This document shows positions 19,290 to 27,919 of a DNA stretch of 64,000 bases, one piece after another. Position numbers and translations under genes: made by a program. A model generated the notes under the pieces. That model was not told the DNA's origin. It ran no database searches and was given only the letters and a program-made list of their open reading frames with translations. Source of the stretch: an uncultured Actinomycetes bacterium (GTDB lineage: Bacteria; Chloroflexota; Dormibacteria; Aeolococcales; Aeolococcaceae); NCBI GenBank assembly GCA_964499205.1, contig CAZCJX010000005.1, forward strand, positions 1,205 to 65,204, given 5' to 3'. Numbering within the stretch: position 1 is the first letter of the stretch; every line of letters starts with the position of its first letter.

Positions 19290-20807
19290 AATCTCGTTAT
19301 TCAAACCCTCATTCGCGCCATACAGCGCTGCGAAGAAGGGCGTGAACTCGTGGTCGGCGATGCGGCCTCCGCGGACCGAGAGTTGCGCGAAGACGGTCGT
19401 GGCGAACTGCTGGCGGACGCGCGGGTTGCCCTTGCGGTAGCCGAGAGCGCAGTGCGGGACGAAGGCGCGGGCCTTGTTGAGGATGCGGCGCCACTGCTCC
19501 AGCTTCGCGTCCACCACCTTGAGCCGGTCGTTGATCTGCGTGACCTCGCGGTCGATCGTCTGCTGCTCGGACTTGAGCATGGCGATATCCACCGCCCCGG
19601 CGTAGTAGGCGTCGATGATCTTGCGCCGCTTCTGCTCCAGGCGGGCGAGACGCCGAGTCTGGAAGTCGCGCTCCGCGGCGTTGCGGTCCTCGCGACCGAC
19701 CAGCTCCTGCTCCATGCCGTCGATGAGTTCCACGGCCATGTCGGCGGGGAGCTGCACCTTCTCCCACAGGGCCTCCATGTCAGCGTCCAGCTTCTCGGCC
19801 AGGACGAAGGGCTCGCGGCAGTCCGACGGCTTGCGGGCGTCACGGCGACCGAGGCAGAAGAAGTAGAGCTGGCCCTTCGCCACCTGGAGCGACATGCGGC
19901 GCTTGCAGACGCCGCAGAACAGCAGTCCCTTCAAGGGGTGATGGTGACGCCGGTTGCGGACGTCCCGCACCGACCGGGACTCGAGGATCGCCTGGACCTT
20001 GTGGAAGGTCTGCGGATCGATCAGGGGCTCGTGACGCCCTGGGCTCTCGATGCCGTTCCACTCCACGGTGCCGATGTAGAACTTATTCCCGAGAATGTGT
20101 CCGAGGCCGCCGACCGGAATGGGTCTCGGCGGCGTGCCACGGCGACCGCGCGTCATCAGGCCGCGAACTCGCAACTCTTCGGCCAACGCCTCCAGCGTGT
20201 ACTCGCCGGTCGCGTAGAGCTGGAAGGCCTTCTTGATGAGGCCGGCGCGGTCGGCGTCCACCTCGACGTAGGACACGCGGCGCCCCTCGATCCACTCCCG
20301 CCGGTTGACGTAGCCCAGCGGCGCCCGGAACGGCGCACCACCAAGCTCGGCCTTCTTGCGCATTCCCTTCTTGACCTCCGTCGCGAGGTTCGCCGAGTGG
20401 TACTCGTTGACAAGAGCCTGAATCCCTTCGACCAACCGTCCCGAGGCCGTCTCCTCGATCTTCTCGGTGACCGAGATCAGGGCGACGCCCTGCTTGCGGA
20501 GGGTGGCTCGCACCATGAGGTGCAGCGCCGCATCGCGTGAGAAGCGGTCCAGCTTGTGGACGATGACGGCATCGACGTCACCCTGGTCGCGAATGCGGCG
20601 GAGCATCTGGCTGAACTGCGGCCGATCCGCTGACCGCTTGGAGGCGGACTCGCCGCGATCCACGTACTCGTCGATGCAGGACCAGCCCTGCTCCCGAATG
20701 AACTGGAGGCACGCGTCACGCTGCGCCGGGAGCGAATAGCCCTCTTCGGTGTCGTCGCGCTCGGCCTGTTCTTTGGCTGAGACGCGGAGGTAGATCACGC
20801 AGCGCAT
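19260..20807 (-). CDS. Large serine recombinase (integrase)
   Basis: IYLRVS with catalytic Ser, DRGES, HKLDRFSR, APLGY, GRHEPLI, Zn ribbon CGVC...C...C, coiled coil; the stop lies inside the antisense tRNA. Confidence 0.95.
   Translation of the reverse strand: MRCVIYLRVSAKEQAERDDTEEGYSLPAQRDACLQFIREQGWSCIDEYVDRGESASKRSADRPQFSQMLRRIRDQGDVDAVIVHKLDRFSRDAALHLMVRATLRKQGVALISVTEKIEETASGRLVEGIQALVNEYHSANLATEVKKGMRKKAELGGAPFRAPLGYVNRREWIEGRRVSYVEVDADRAGLIKKAFQLYATGEYTLEALAEELRVRGLMTRGRRGTPPRPIPVGGLGHILGNKFYIGTVEWNGIESPGRHEPLIDPQTFHKVQAILESRSVRDVRNRRHHHPLKGLLFCGVCKRRMSLQVAKGQLYFFCLGRRDARKPSDCREPFVLAEKLDADMEALWEKVQLPADMAVELIDGMEQELVGREDRNAAERDFQTRRLARLEQKRRKIIDAYYAGAVDIAMLKSEQQTIDREVTQINDRLKVVDAKLEQWRRILNKARAFVPHCALGYRKGNPRVRQQFATTVFAQLSVRGGRIADHEFTPFFAALYGANEGLNNEIWYPVSDSNR
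19284..19378 (+). repeat. Left copy of the direct repeat (attL junction, within the integrase 3' end)
   Basis: 19284-19369 is identical to 42784-42869 (86 bp) and extends to 95 bp with 2 mismatches. Confidence 0.95.
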
Positions 20808-20959
20808 GGGATGCTCGCTCCACTGCACTGTGTCGGGCTACACTGACTCATGTCTACCCTCCACTAAGGGTTAGACCGTGGGGTCGGCCGTTCGAGCGGC
20901 GCGGCCCCTTTTGTATGTTTGCGACAAATTATACCAAATCATGTTTGCGTCCGGGTGCG

Positions 20960-21142
20960 TCAGCGACGCTGACGACCGCGCCCGCTGCCGAGCAGCGAAC
21001 GCAACTCGTCCTCTTCTGCACACGCCTGAATCGCCACGTCGAGGAACGCACGCGCAAGGCCGCGGATGGCCGCGGCGCGCACGTCGGCAGGAACATGAGC
21101 GACGCGCTCGTCGTAGCTGTAGCGGCGGTGCCCTTGAGTCAT
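20960..21142 (-). CDS. 60-aa hypothetical protein coupled to rep (candidate directionality factor)
   Basis: ATG overlaps the rep stop (ATGA); MTQGHRRYSYDERVAHVPADVRAAAIRGLARAFLDVAIQACAEEDELRSLL... Confidence 0.55.
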   Translation of the reverse strand: MTQGHRRYSYDERVAHVPADVRAAAIRGLARAFLDVAIQACAEEDELRSLLGSGRGRQRR

Positions 21143-22293
21143 TTGGGACTTTCCCCTGTGCGGCCGCGCAAATCCCCTTGTTGGCACCGTCTGACTGTCA
21201 AGGACGGTTGGACACTTCGTCGGAGAGCGCGCTTACGCGCGATGACCTCATCGAGTGACATGCCGCTGCGCACCACATAGCGCTGCGCTACGGGGACTGA
21301 AGCGATCACCGATTCCACATCGGCGAAGGCGTCCGCGGCGGCGAGGGATGTCCCGTATCCCACGAAGCCACGGACCAGGCGCTCGACGCTGGCCTCGTTG
21401 ATGCGCTGGCGGACCAACCCGCTCCGCGGCGATCCCATCTGTGCGGCGCGGATGGCACGCCAGACGCGAAGCTCCGGCCAGCGGCACGGCTGGAGGCGGT
21501 GAATGGGTCGGCGCAGCGACAGCCAGTGCGTTCCGTACTCCCAGAGGTCCTGGCGCCCGGCGAGCAGCTCGTGCACGTGGCCGATGCCGAACTCGTGCAG
21601 GGCACGCCGGCGGTACTGGAATTCCACTCGCCAGACCGGCTGCTCGGGGTCGCGGTCGTTCCAGATCACTTCGGGCCATGTCTCGCCACTGTGCACCAGC
21701 TCCAACGTCTTGTCGTAGATGCGGGCGACGATGTCGCCCTTGCCGAACACGAATCCCGAGAACCGGCGCCCGATGCAGTGCAGGCGGCGCGGCACCTCGG
21801 TCGTGGCCGCGGGCTCCTCGAAGAGGCGGCGCCAGGATGCGCGGCATAGGAAGCGGTGCAGGTCGCGCGGATGCGGCTGCCAGCCTTGGACGTCCGCGTA
21901 GACGTCGGCACGGGACGCTTGGAGCGGGACGGGAGTGGCGAAGAGGTCGCGCTCGACCATCTCGTGCGTCAGAGCGAGGGCGTCCTCTGCACCGACGTGG
22001 TGCAGGAACGACGACCGCACCATGACGTACACTGGAGGGAAGGGCTTGGCGGCGCCGATGCAGACGGTGTAGTTCGGCGCGTCCATCCGAATTGGGTAGC
22101 CGCGCCAGCCGTGCGGCTGCAGGAGGAAGGCGCCGGCGTCCTCGCGGAACTCGATGACCGCGGGCTCCCGGTCCTCGGCCGCGCTGCGCTGGATGCTCTG
22201 CAGGACGGTCACAAGGCCAGGGCGCAGCACCCCGCGTGCCGACACGTAGACGCTGTCGAGGCCTGCCGCGAGAACGCGTACCACCCGCGTCAT
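21139..22293 (-). CDS. Rep_trans-family rolling-circle initiator / MOBT-like relaxase
   Basis: LDSVYVS, SRADVYAD, RIYDKT (likely catalytic Tyr), WRVEFQYRR. Confidence 0.8.
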   Translation of the reverse strand: MTRVVRVLAAGLDSVYVSARGVLRPGLVTVLQSIQRSAAEDREPAVIEFREDAGAFLLQPHGWRGYPIRMDAPNYTVCIGAAKPFPPVYVMVRSSFLHHVGAEDALALTHEMVERDLFATPVPLQASRADVYADVQGWQPHPRDLHRFLCRASWRRLFEEPAATTEVPRRLHCIGRRFSGFVFGKGDIVARIYDKTLELVHSGETWPEVIWNDRDPEQPVWRVEFQYRRRALHEFGIGHVHELLAGRQDLWEYGTHWLSLRRPIHRLQPCRWPELRVWRAIRAAQMGSPRSGLVRQRINEASVERLVRGFVGYGTSLAAADAFADVESVIASVPVAQRYVVRSGMSLDEVIARKRALRRSVQPSLTVRRCQQGDLRGRTGESPK

Positions 22294-23675
22294 CGCGACT
22301 GCTCGGCATGCATGGAGTCGTCTCCATAGTTAAGGGGCGCCCACGCCGCTGCACTTTGGGGGCACGGTGTTACAGGGACCGTGCCCCACCGATCCCGGAG
22401 CAGCTGCTCACTCTCCGCGGCGCTGATGTAGACCGCCTGGAACTCCTCCATGCGCTCGTGCGCCCACACGGCACGGCCCGGTCGAGGCGGCAACATGGCG
22501 GCCCGGTCGGAGTCGAGCAGGATCTGGCTGTTGACCCGCGAGCGCACGCGGAACGCGACCGTCCCGGCCAGGTTGGCCTTGAGCTGCCCCGGCACGGCCT
22601 CGGCGTCGGGTCGCTGCGTGCAGCAGAGCAGGTGGATTCCCGCCGCGCGTCCCAGACGGGCGATCTCGCACAGCCGCGCGCTCGCCCCTTGTTGGTGCTC
22701 GCGGGCGGCTTTGTCTTGCCCGAGGTCCCGCAGCGTGAGCTCGGCCAGCTCGTCCACGGCGACCAGGACGCGCGGCCAGCGGGGCAGCCCGGCGGCCGCC
22801 CTGGCCTCGAGGTCGCGATGCCCGGTCGCTCGCAGGGCCGCCAGCCGGCGATCCAGCTCGGCCCGCACCAGGGTCAGCACCTCGTTGGCCGCCTCGACCG
22901 TGTCGGCGACGGGCGTGAGCGCGTGGGGCAGGCGGCCGAACGGGGTTAGCTCAACGCCACCCTTCAGGTCAATGCAGACCAGCTGCAGCTCGTCCGGTGT
23001 GGCGCTGAGCAGTAGGCCGGTCAGGGCTTGCGCGAGGAAGACGGACTTGCCGCCGCCTGTCATGCCGCCCACCAGCAGGTGGGGCACGGTCGACAGGTCC
23101 GCCCACAGCGGGCCGCGGCGCCCGACCCCGAGACCCACGGCCAGCGGCGAGGCTGGGCGCGGACCGCCGTAGAAGTCGACGAACTCGACGCGGCTCGGGA
23201 TGCGGCGGCGCAGCAGCTCGATGTGGAGCAGGCCGCCGTCCATCCAGCACGACAGCTCGCAGGACAGGCGCTGCTCGATGATGTCCTGACGCTCCTGCAC
23301 GGCGCGCAGGCCCAACCCTGGCGGCAGGAGCCAGCGGGTGAAAAGCGTGTCGCCGCGGCGGCGTGGGCGCCCCTTCTGGACCGGTGCCCGGACGTGGTCG
23401 ACGCCGGTGCGCTGGTGGAGGCCCACGTCGACCATCGCGCGGCGGAGCTGCGCCGGTGTCGACAGGACCATCGTCCAGAGGGTCACCGCGCCGACGGCTG
23501 ATGTGACGACGGCGCAGGCGGCGAGGGAGACGCCGCCAGGGAGCCGGAGCCCCCTGACGACGAGGAGTGCCGCGATCCCCGCAAGCGCGGCTGGGGTGGT
23601 CGCGGCGTGCACGGCGCCGTCGACCAGGGCGTCCACAAGGCTGCGGCGGGGCGGGGCGCCCGCTGACTGAGTCAC
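22290..23675 (-). CDS. FtsK/SpoIIIE-family translocase (TcpA-like coupling protein)
   Basis: N-terminal TMs, PHLLVGGMTGGGKS, IDLKGGVEL, VDELAEL, RLGRAAGIHLLCCTQRP. Confidence 0.9.
   Translation of the reverse strand: MTQSAGAPPRRSLVDALVDGAVHAATTPAALAGIAALLVVRGLRLPGGVSLAACAVVTSAVGAVTLWTMVLSTPAQLRRAMVDVGLHQRTGVDHVRAPVQKGRPRRRGDTLFTRWLLPPGLGLRAVQERQDIIEQRLSCELSCWMDGGLLHIELLRRRIPSRVEFVDFYGGPRPASPLAVGLGVGRRGPLWADLSTVPHLLVGGMTGGGKSVFLAQALTGLLLSATPDELQLVCIDLKGGVELTPFGRLPHALTPVADTVEAANEVLTLVRAELDRRLAALRATGHRDLEARAAAGLPRWPRVLVAVDELAELTLRDLGQDKAAREHQQGASARLCEIARLGRAAGIHLLCCTQRPDAEAVPGQLKANLAGTVAFRVRSRVNSQILLDSDRAAMLPPRPGRAVWAHERMEEFQAVYISAAESEQLLRDRWGTVPVTPCPQSAAAWAPLNYGDDSMHAEQSR
22359..22387 (-). other. 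Candidate nic/dso hairpin
   Basis: Perfect 10-bp stem GGGGCACGGT/ACCGTGCCCC with minus-strand loop CCCTGTAAC, about 65 bp upstream of the rep start. Confidence 0.6.
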
Positions 23676-24061
23676 CGGGCCTTCGCCGCTCCCTTGGCGG
23701 CGGCGGCCGTGTCGTCCGTCGCGGGCGGGGTGAGGTAGACGATCTCCTCGGCGACGACGACGGTGCGGAGCTGACCACCACGGTCGCCTCCGTCCGGGTT
23801 GTAGAACTCGCCGCGGATGCGGCCCTTGACGGCGACGCGCGACCCCTTGTCGTTGAACTTGACGAGGTTGCGCGCCTGCGTGCCCCAGGTCTCGACCCGG
23901 ATCATGTCGGCCTTGGGCCGACCCTCGGTGCGACGACCGCCGACACGCCGAACCGCGATGAGGAACGTCGCCTTGACGCGCGCCTCGCCGCCGGTGCGGG
24001 CGGCGAACTCCTGCAGCTTGATCTCCGAGGCGACCTTACCAACCAGGTCGACGCTGTTCAT
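23672..24061 (-). CDS. ssb: Single-stranded DNA-binding protein
   Basis: MNSVDLVG, VETWG, DKGSRVAVKGRI OB-fold pattern. Confidence 0.85.
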   Translation of the reverse strand: MNSVDLVGKVASEIKLQEFAARTGGEARVKATFLIAVRRVGGRRTEGRPKADMIRVETWGTQARNLVKFNDKGSRVAVKGRIRGEFYNPDGGDRGGQLRTVVVAEEIVYLTPPATDDTAAAAKGAAKAR

Positions 24062-24186
24062 GCGCGCCCCTCGCGCCGTACGCGCAGCACCAACACCCAC
24101 GCCTTGCGGTGTGCTGCACGCTCTGACAGCCAACGGCGTCGCGCGCGTCGACTATCGGCAGCCATGCCCCGATCCGTCATCTTCAT
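24058..24186 (-). CDS. 42-aa basic hypothetical protein
   Basis: AAAGGAGG RBS; its stop overlaps the ssb ATG (ATGA); MKMTDRGMAADSRRARRRWLSERAAHRKAWVLVLRVRREGRA. Confidence 0.55.
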   Translation of the reverse strand: MKMTDRGMAADSRRARRRWLSERAAHRKAWVLVLRVRREGRA

Positions 24187-24378
24187 GCGCTGTCCTCCTT
24201 TGCATCGCGGTGCCGGTATCCGTAGACCCGTGCGGGACAGCGGGTTAGATCACAGGAGGGGCCCCAGCCTTACGGTCTGCCGTGAAGGTCGCTGGCGCTC
24301 GCGGTGCCCTCCGCTAGCCGATTTCGTGGTAACACTGCGACCATGTGGACAGTTGTCGCGAACTGGGGTGGGTAGACG

Positions 24379-25206
24379 GTGGCAGATGCACTTTTTGAGA
24401 AGGGGTTCTCCAAGCTCCTAGCGACCGCGAACGAACTGCCTCGCCTCCTCCTCGATCTCGATCCAACTTATCCGGGCCCCACGCAGCCGGACGACTTTCC
24501 GGCTGTCACGCTCGGCTGGCTGCGAACCGCCGCGGTCCTACAGTTCCAGGCGCTACTCGCAGTGCTTGCGCACCCGCAGTGCGCCGGCGAGGCGGAGATT
24601 CTGTTGCGACCGATGCTCGACGCATTGGGCCAAGTGATCTTCATCGACGCTGGCATACCCAATGCGGCCGAACAGAACGCTGCCACACGCGCCTTGTGCC
24701 TTGAGTTGGGAATAGAGAAGCAGCGCAGATTGGAGGTGCGCGATCGGTTCCTCGTCATGGACGAGCAGGAACGAGACTTCTATGTGCAGCAAGCTGACAG
24801 GCGCCTCGCGCAAATACAAGCCCTCCACACCGGCACCGGCTGTACATGTCCAGGTAGGCGCTATTCCGCTGCCGTGCAGACCCTTCGTGAGATTGGTGAG
24901 GACGATCGCTCTTACGGCATGCTGCACGACCAGTGGATTTGGAGCTCGGGCGCGGCTCATTCGTACTTCCCGAGCCGACTCTATCGCCCTGGCCCGGAAG
25001 GTTTCACCATCGTGGGCGGCGAAGTGCGCGCGGGATTTCGTGCGATGATCCTCAAGCACGCGATCGACATCGTCGTCGATCTGGGATCACGCATTCTCAC
25101 GGTCAACGGCGTCGCCGAGACCGAGAAGCGGCGCCTGATCCACTGGGCCGCGCAGTACGTGGAGACGCCTCCCTTGCGGAATGCACTCCGCGGGGAGTTC
25201 GACTAG
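24379..25206 (+). CDS. Helical hypothetical protein, DUF5677/HEPN-like
   Basis: LLRPMLD and a late SGAAHS motif resemble DUF5677; lower GC; opposite strand to the backbone. Confidence 0.5.
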   Translation: MADALFEKGFSKLLATANELPRLLLDLDPTYPGPTQPDDFPAVTLGWLRTAAVLQFQALLAVLAHPQCAGEAEILLRPMLDALGQVIFIDAGIPNAAEQNAATRALCLELGIEKQRRLEVRDRFLVMDEQERDFYVQQADRRLAQIQALHTGTGCTCPGRRYSAAVQTLREIGEDDRSYGMLHDQWIWSSGAAHSYFPSRLYRPGPEGFTIVGGEVRAGFRAMILKHAIDIVVDLGSRILTVNGVAETEKRRLIHWAAQYVETPPLRNALRGEFD

Positions 25207-25224
25207 CCCTCTCCGACGTCCGCG

Positions 25225-27867
25225 CTAGTCCTGAAACCGCAGACCATAGCGCTGGCCACGTCGACGGAAGGCGTCGAGGCCGCCTTCAAGTAGCGCGCAG
25301 ACATGTGCGCGCGTAGTGAGACGGTCAACCGCTCCGGGATCACGCGGCTCACCGTGCCCTGCGTCCGCGTACATGGGTATCACCAATTCAGCGTCACCGA
25401 GAACGGTTAGGTTTGGGCTGTGGGTCGCGAGGATCACCTGACGTCGTTCTTTCGCCGCTTCAAGGTGCCCCACGAGGGCCGTCGCGATGTACTGTGCGTC
25501 CAAGTGGTCCTCCGGCTGGTCAACGACGAGGGGGTCACTACCTTCGGCACACAACAAGAGACTCAACAGGATTGATCGTTGTTGACCCGCTGATAGCTGA
25601 TCGAACTTGCGGTTGACGGTCCCTCCCGCCTCGCGTACCTCGATGCGGAGTAGGTCCTCCAAACGCATCGTCTCCAAGGCGAAAATGCCTTCCCAGTTCC
25701 GGAGATCTGGCACACACTCCGAGATCAACGCCAAGTCAAAGAACTTCTCGCCGCGCCACTCGACCGCCTGTAGGCCTTGTCCACCCTGTAGTATGTGCTC
25801 CGCCATCTGAGCAGGCGTGATAGCACGCGCCACACGCTCAACGCGCGGAGACCGGAACTTGAAGGATCGTCCGAGCCAGCTTTCCCAGGGTTCGCGGATG
25901 CCTGTCTTCTCATACCGCAGATGAATGGTCAGGCCATCGGCCGCGGCATTGGCGGCATCGACCACCTTCTTCAATGCTGCGCGACGCCTCTGGAATCGAG
26001 CATCGCGGTTAGCCCGAAGATCGGAGAGTAGTCCCCGACGGTATGCACGCGCCTGGTTGTGTTCAGCCTGACGCTGCTTCAGGATGTCGATTTCCTTGCG
26101 CAGCGCCTCGATCCCATCTGCCACCGCCTTGACGGCGCCGACCTGTACCTTGAGCCCTTGTGCGGTCAGCTCCTTCTGCTTCGCCTCCAGCTGCTTCTTC
26201 AGTGCCCGGTGATCGTCCTCCCAGCCGGAGAGGGCTTGTCGCACACTTTCAGCGGCACCCGCCACAACCTCCCCCCATGCTTTCCCCGCGACCTGTCGCT
26301 GACTTTCCAGGGCTGCGACTTTCGCTCGCAGCCCGTCATCCCCGCCAAGAAATTTCATGGCTCGAGCGCTGTTGGGATCGACCCCGACCCGCGCCGCCAG
26401 CTTATCCAGGTCGATCGTCGCCCGAGGACGGTCTGAGACAAAGGCCTCCACGGCAGACCGAATACTCTCTAGAAGTGGACCTTCCGAGGCGAGCAGCGCT
26501 GCCCACTGTGCGACAGACTCAAGGCGGCTGCTCTGCGCAGCGGCAAGCTGACTCTCTTGCGCGCGGAGCTTCTTCTCAAGCTCAGGCAACTTCGACAGCC
26601 CTGTACTGCTGCGCACGACTTCGGCGCCGTTGTCCGCCAAAGCCGCCATCAGCTCGTTCTCGCGGCTGTCATATGTCCCCAAATCGACAAATTGCTCCAT
26701 GAACTCAACGATGTTCTGGGGGGACGTGTCGTACCCTCGCGCCAGACGGCCCGGTTCGTCCTGGCCAAAGCCTTGGAGCGTGAGGCTAATAGGTGCGTCG
26801 CTGGTCGCATCGACCGGGTCGCCTCCCCGCCTCCGAACGGCTATGCGTGCCGTGCCAAAGGCATCAATGAACGTCACTCGCGTTCTTGTGGGCATCCGAT
26901 ATGGGTCATCCGGATCGTCGCCGCTTATCGGATCTACGGTTTCTCCGAGGGCAGTCCTGATCGCAAGCAGCGCCGTAGACTTTCCCGAGCCACGCCCGCC
27001 GATCAAGCAATTGAGGTTCTGGGAGAAGTCCATGACGACCCCGTCGAGGAAACCTCCTTCGAACTCAGCCTTCAAGATTCGTGGATACGCCGGGGGTAGG
27101 TTTACCTCCGCCTTGCAGCGTGCTCTTGGCGCATACACCAGTGCGTTTCGCACGGCTGTGAAGTTGAGATCATCAATGCGCAGTCGTGTGAGTGTCCGTG
27201 AGTTCCGATCCAGCCCAACCTTGTCGGGTGAGTGCGCGTCCGACGACATGATGCGCGCAAGCCCTCGTTCCTTGAGCTCTGGCACAGCCTGCCGCGCCAT
27301 CCATGCGCCTTGACGCGCCCCATCGCTATCAGTCGCGGTGATCCAGTCGCGTAAGGACTCGGCGCGAGTGAACTCCAGCGCGGCGAGGTCCGGCGATGCC
27401 AGAAGGCTGGCGAGTGCCTGACTTGTCGTTCCGGCGAGTAGTCCGTCCTGAGCATCCACATGGGCAGCGATTGCCAGACCGCCACGCTTGCCAATCTCAC
27501 TGACGAGATCGAGCATCCCCCGCTGCGATCGAGTGGCCTGGTCACGTGGATCACGAATGAGATGCAACACGCCTTGTGTTGCAAACTCTTCCAGTGCGTC
27601 GACGTGGTCGGGGTCGAAGAGAGCAAGCAGGTGGCCCTCATGGGTCGTCACCTCAATGCCTGGCAGGACGAGAAGATCGACTCCTGCCGCAGCGTCAATG
27701 GCGGCGCGCACCCGGTCAACTCGGTTGTGATCCGTAATACCGAGAATGCGGATGCCTTGTGCGACCGCTGCCTGAATAAAGTCGGCAACCGGATGCTCGC
27801 GGGCGCCAGGATTGTCGGGCACCGTATGAACATGGAGGTCTGCCCGCACAAACTCCGCCCCTGCCAT
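25225..27867 (-). CDS. PHP phosphoesterase fused to SMC/ABC-type ATPase (Ppl/TrlF-like, candidate anti-phage protein)
   Basis: DLHVHT, ITDHN, PGIEV, AH, SSDAHS (PHP); GGRGSGKS, coiled coil, LSAGQ, VVDQPED, ATHSPN. Confidence 0.85.
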   Translation of the reverse strand: MAGAEFVRADLHVHTVPDNPGAREHPVADFIQAAVAQGIRILGITDHNRVDRVRAAIDAAAGVDLLVLPGIEVTTHEGHLLALFDPDHVDALEEFATQGVLHLIRDPRDQATRSQRGMLDLVSEIGKRGGLAIAAHVDAQDGLLAGTTSQALASLLASPDLAALEFTRAESLRDWITATDSDGARQGAWMARQAVPELKERGLARIMSSDAHSPDKVGLDRNSRTLTRLRIDDLNFTAVRNALVYAPRARCKAEVNLPPAYPRILKAEFEGGFLDGVVMDFSQNLNCLIGGRGSGKSTALLAIRTALGETVDPISGDDPDDPYRMPTRTRVTFIDAFGTARIAVRRRGGDPVDATSDAPISLTLQGFGQDEPGRLARGYDTSPQNIVEFMEQFVDLGTYDSRENELMAALADNGAEVVRSSTGLSKLPELEKKLRAQESQLAAAQSSRLESVAQWAALLASEGPLLESIRSAVEAFVSDRPRATIDLDKLAARVGVDPNSARAMKFLGGDDGLRAKVAALESQRQVAGKAWGEVVAGAAESVRQALSGWEDDHRALKKQLEAKQKELTAQGLKVQVGAVKAVADGIEALRKEIDILKQRQAEHNQARAYRRGLLSDLRANRDARFQRRRAALKKVVDAANAAADGLTIHLRYEKTGIREPWESWLGRSFKFRSPRVERVARAITPAQMAEHILQGGQGLQAVEWRGEKFFDLALISECVPDLRNWEGIFALETMRLEDLLRIEVREAGGTVNRKFDQLSAGQQRSILLSLLLCAEGSDPLVVDQPEDHLDAQYIATALVGHLEAAKERRQVILATHSPNLTVLGDAELVIPMYADAGHGEPRDPGAVDRLTTRAHVCALLEGGLDAFRRRGQRYGLRFQD

Positions 27868-27919
27868 GGCCGAGCATCATAAATCGCCGAGCACTCGGGT
27901 GGTGTCACTTGACCGGCGG

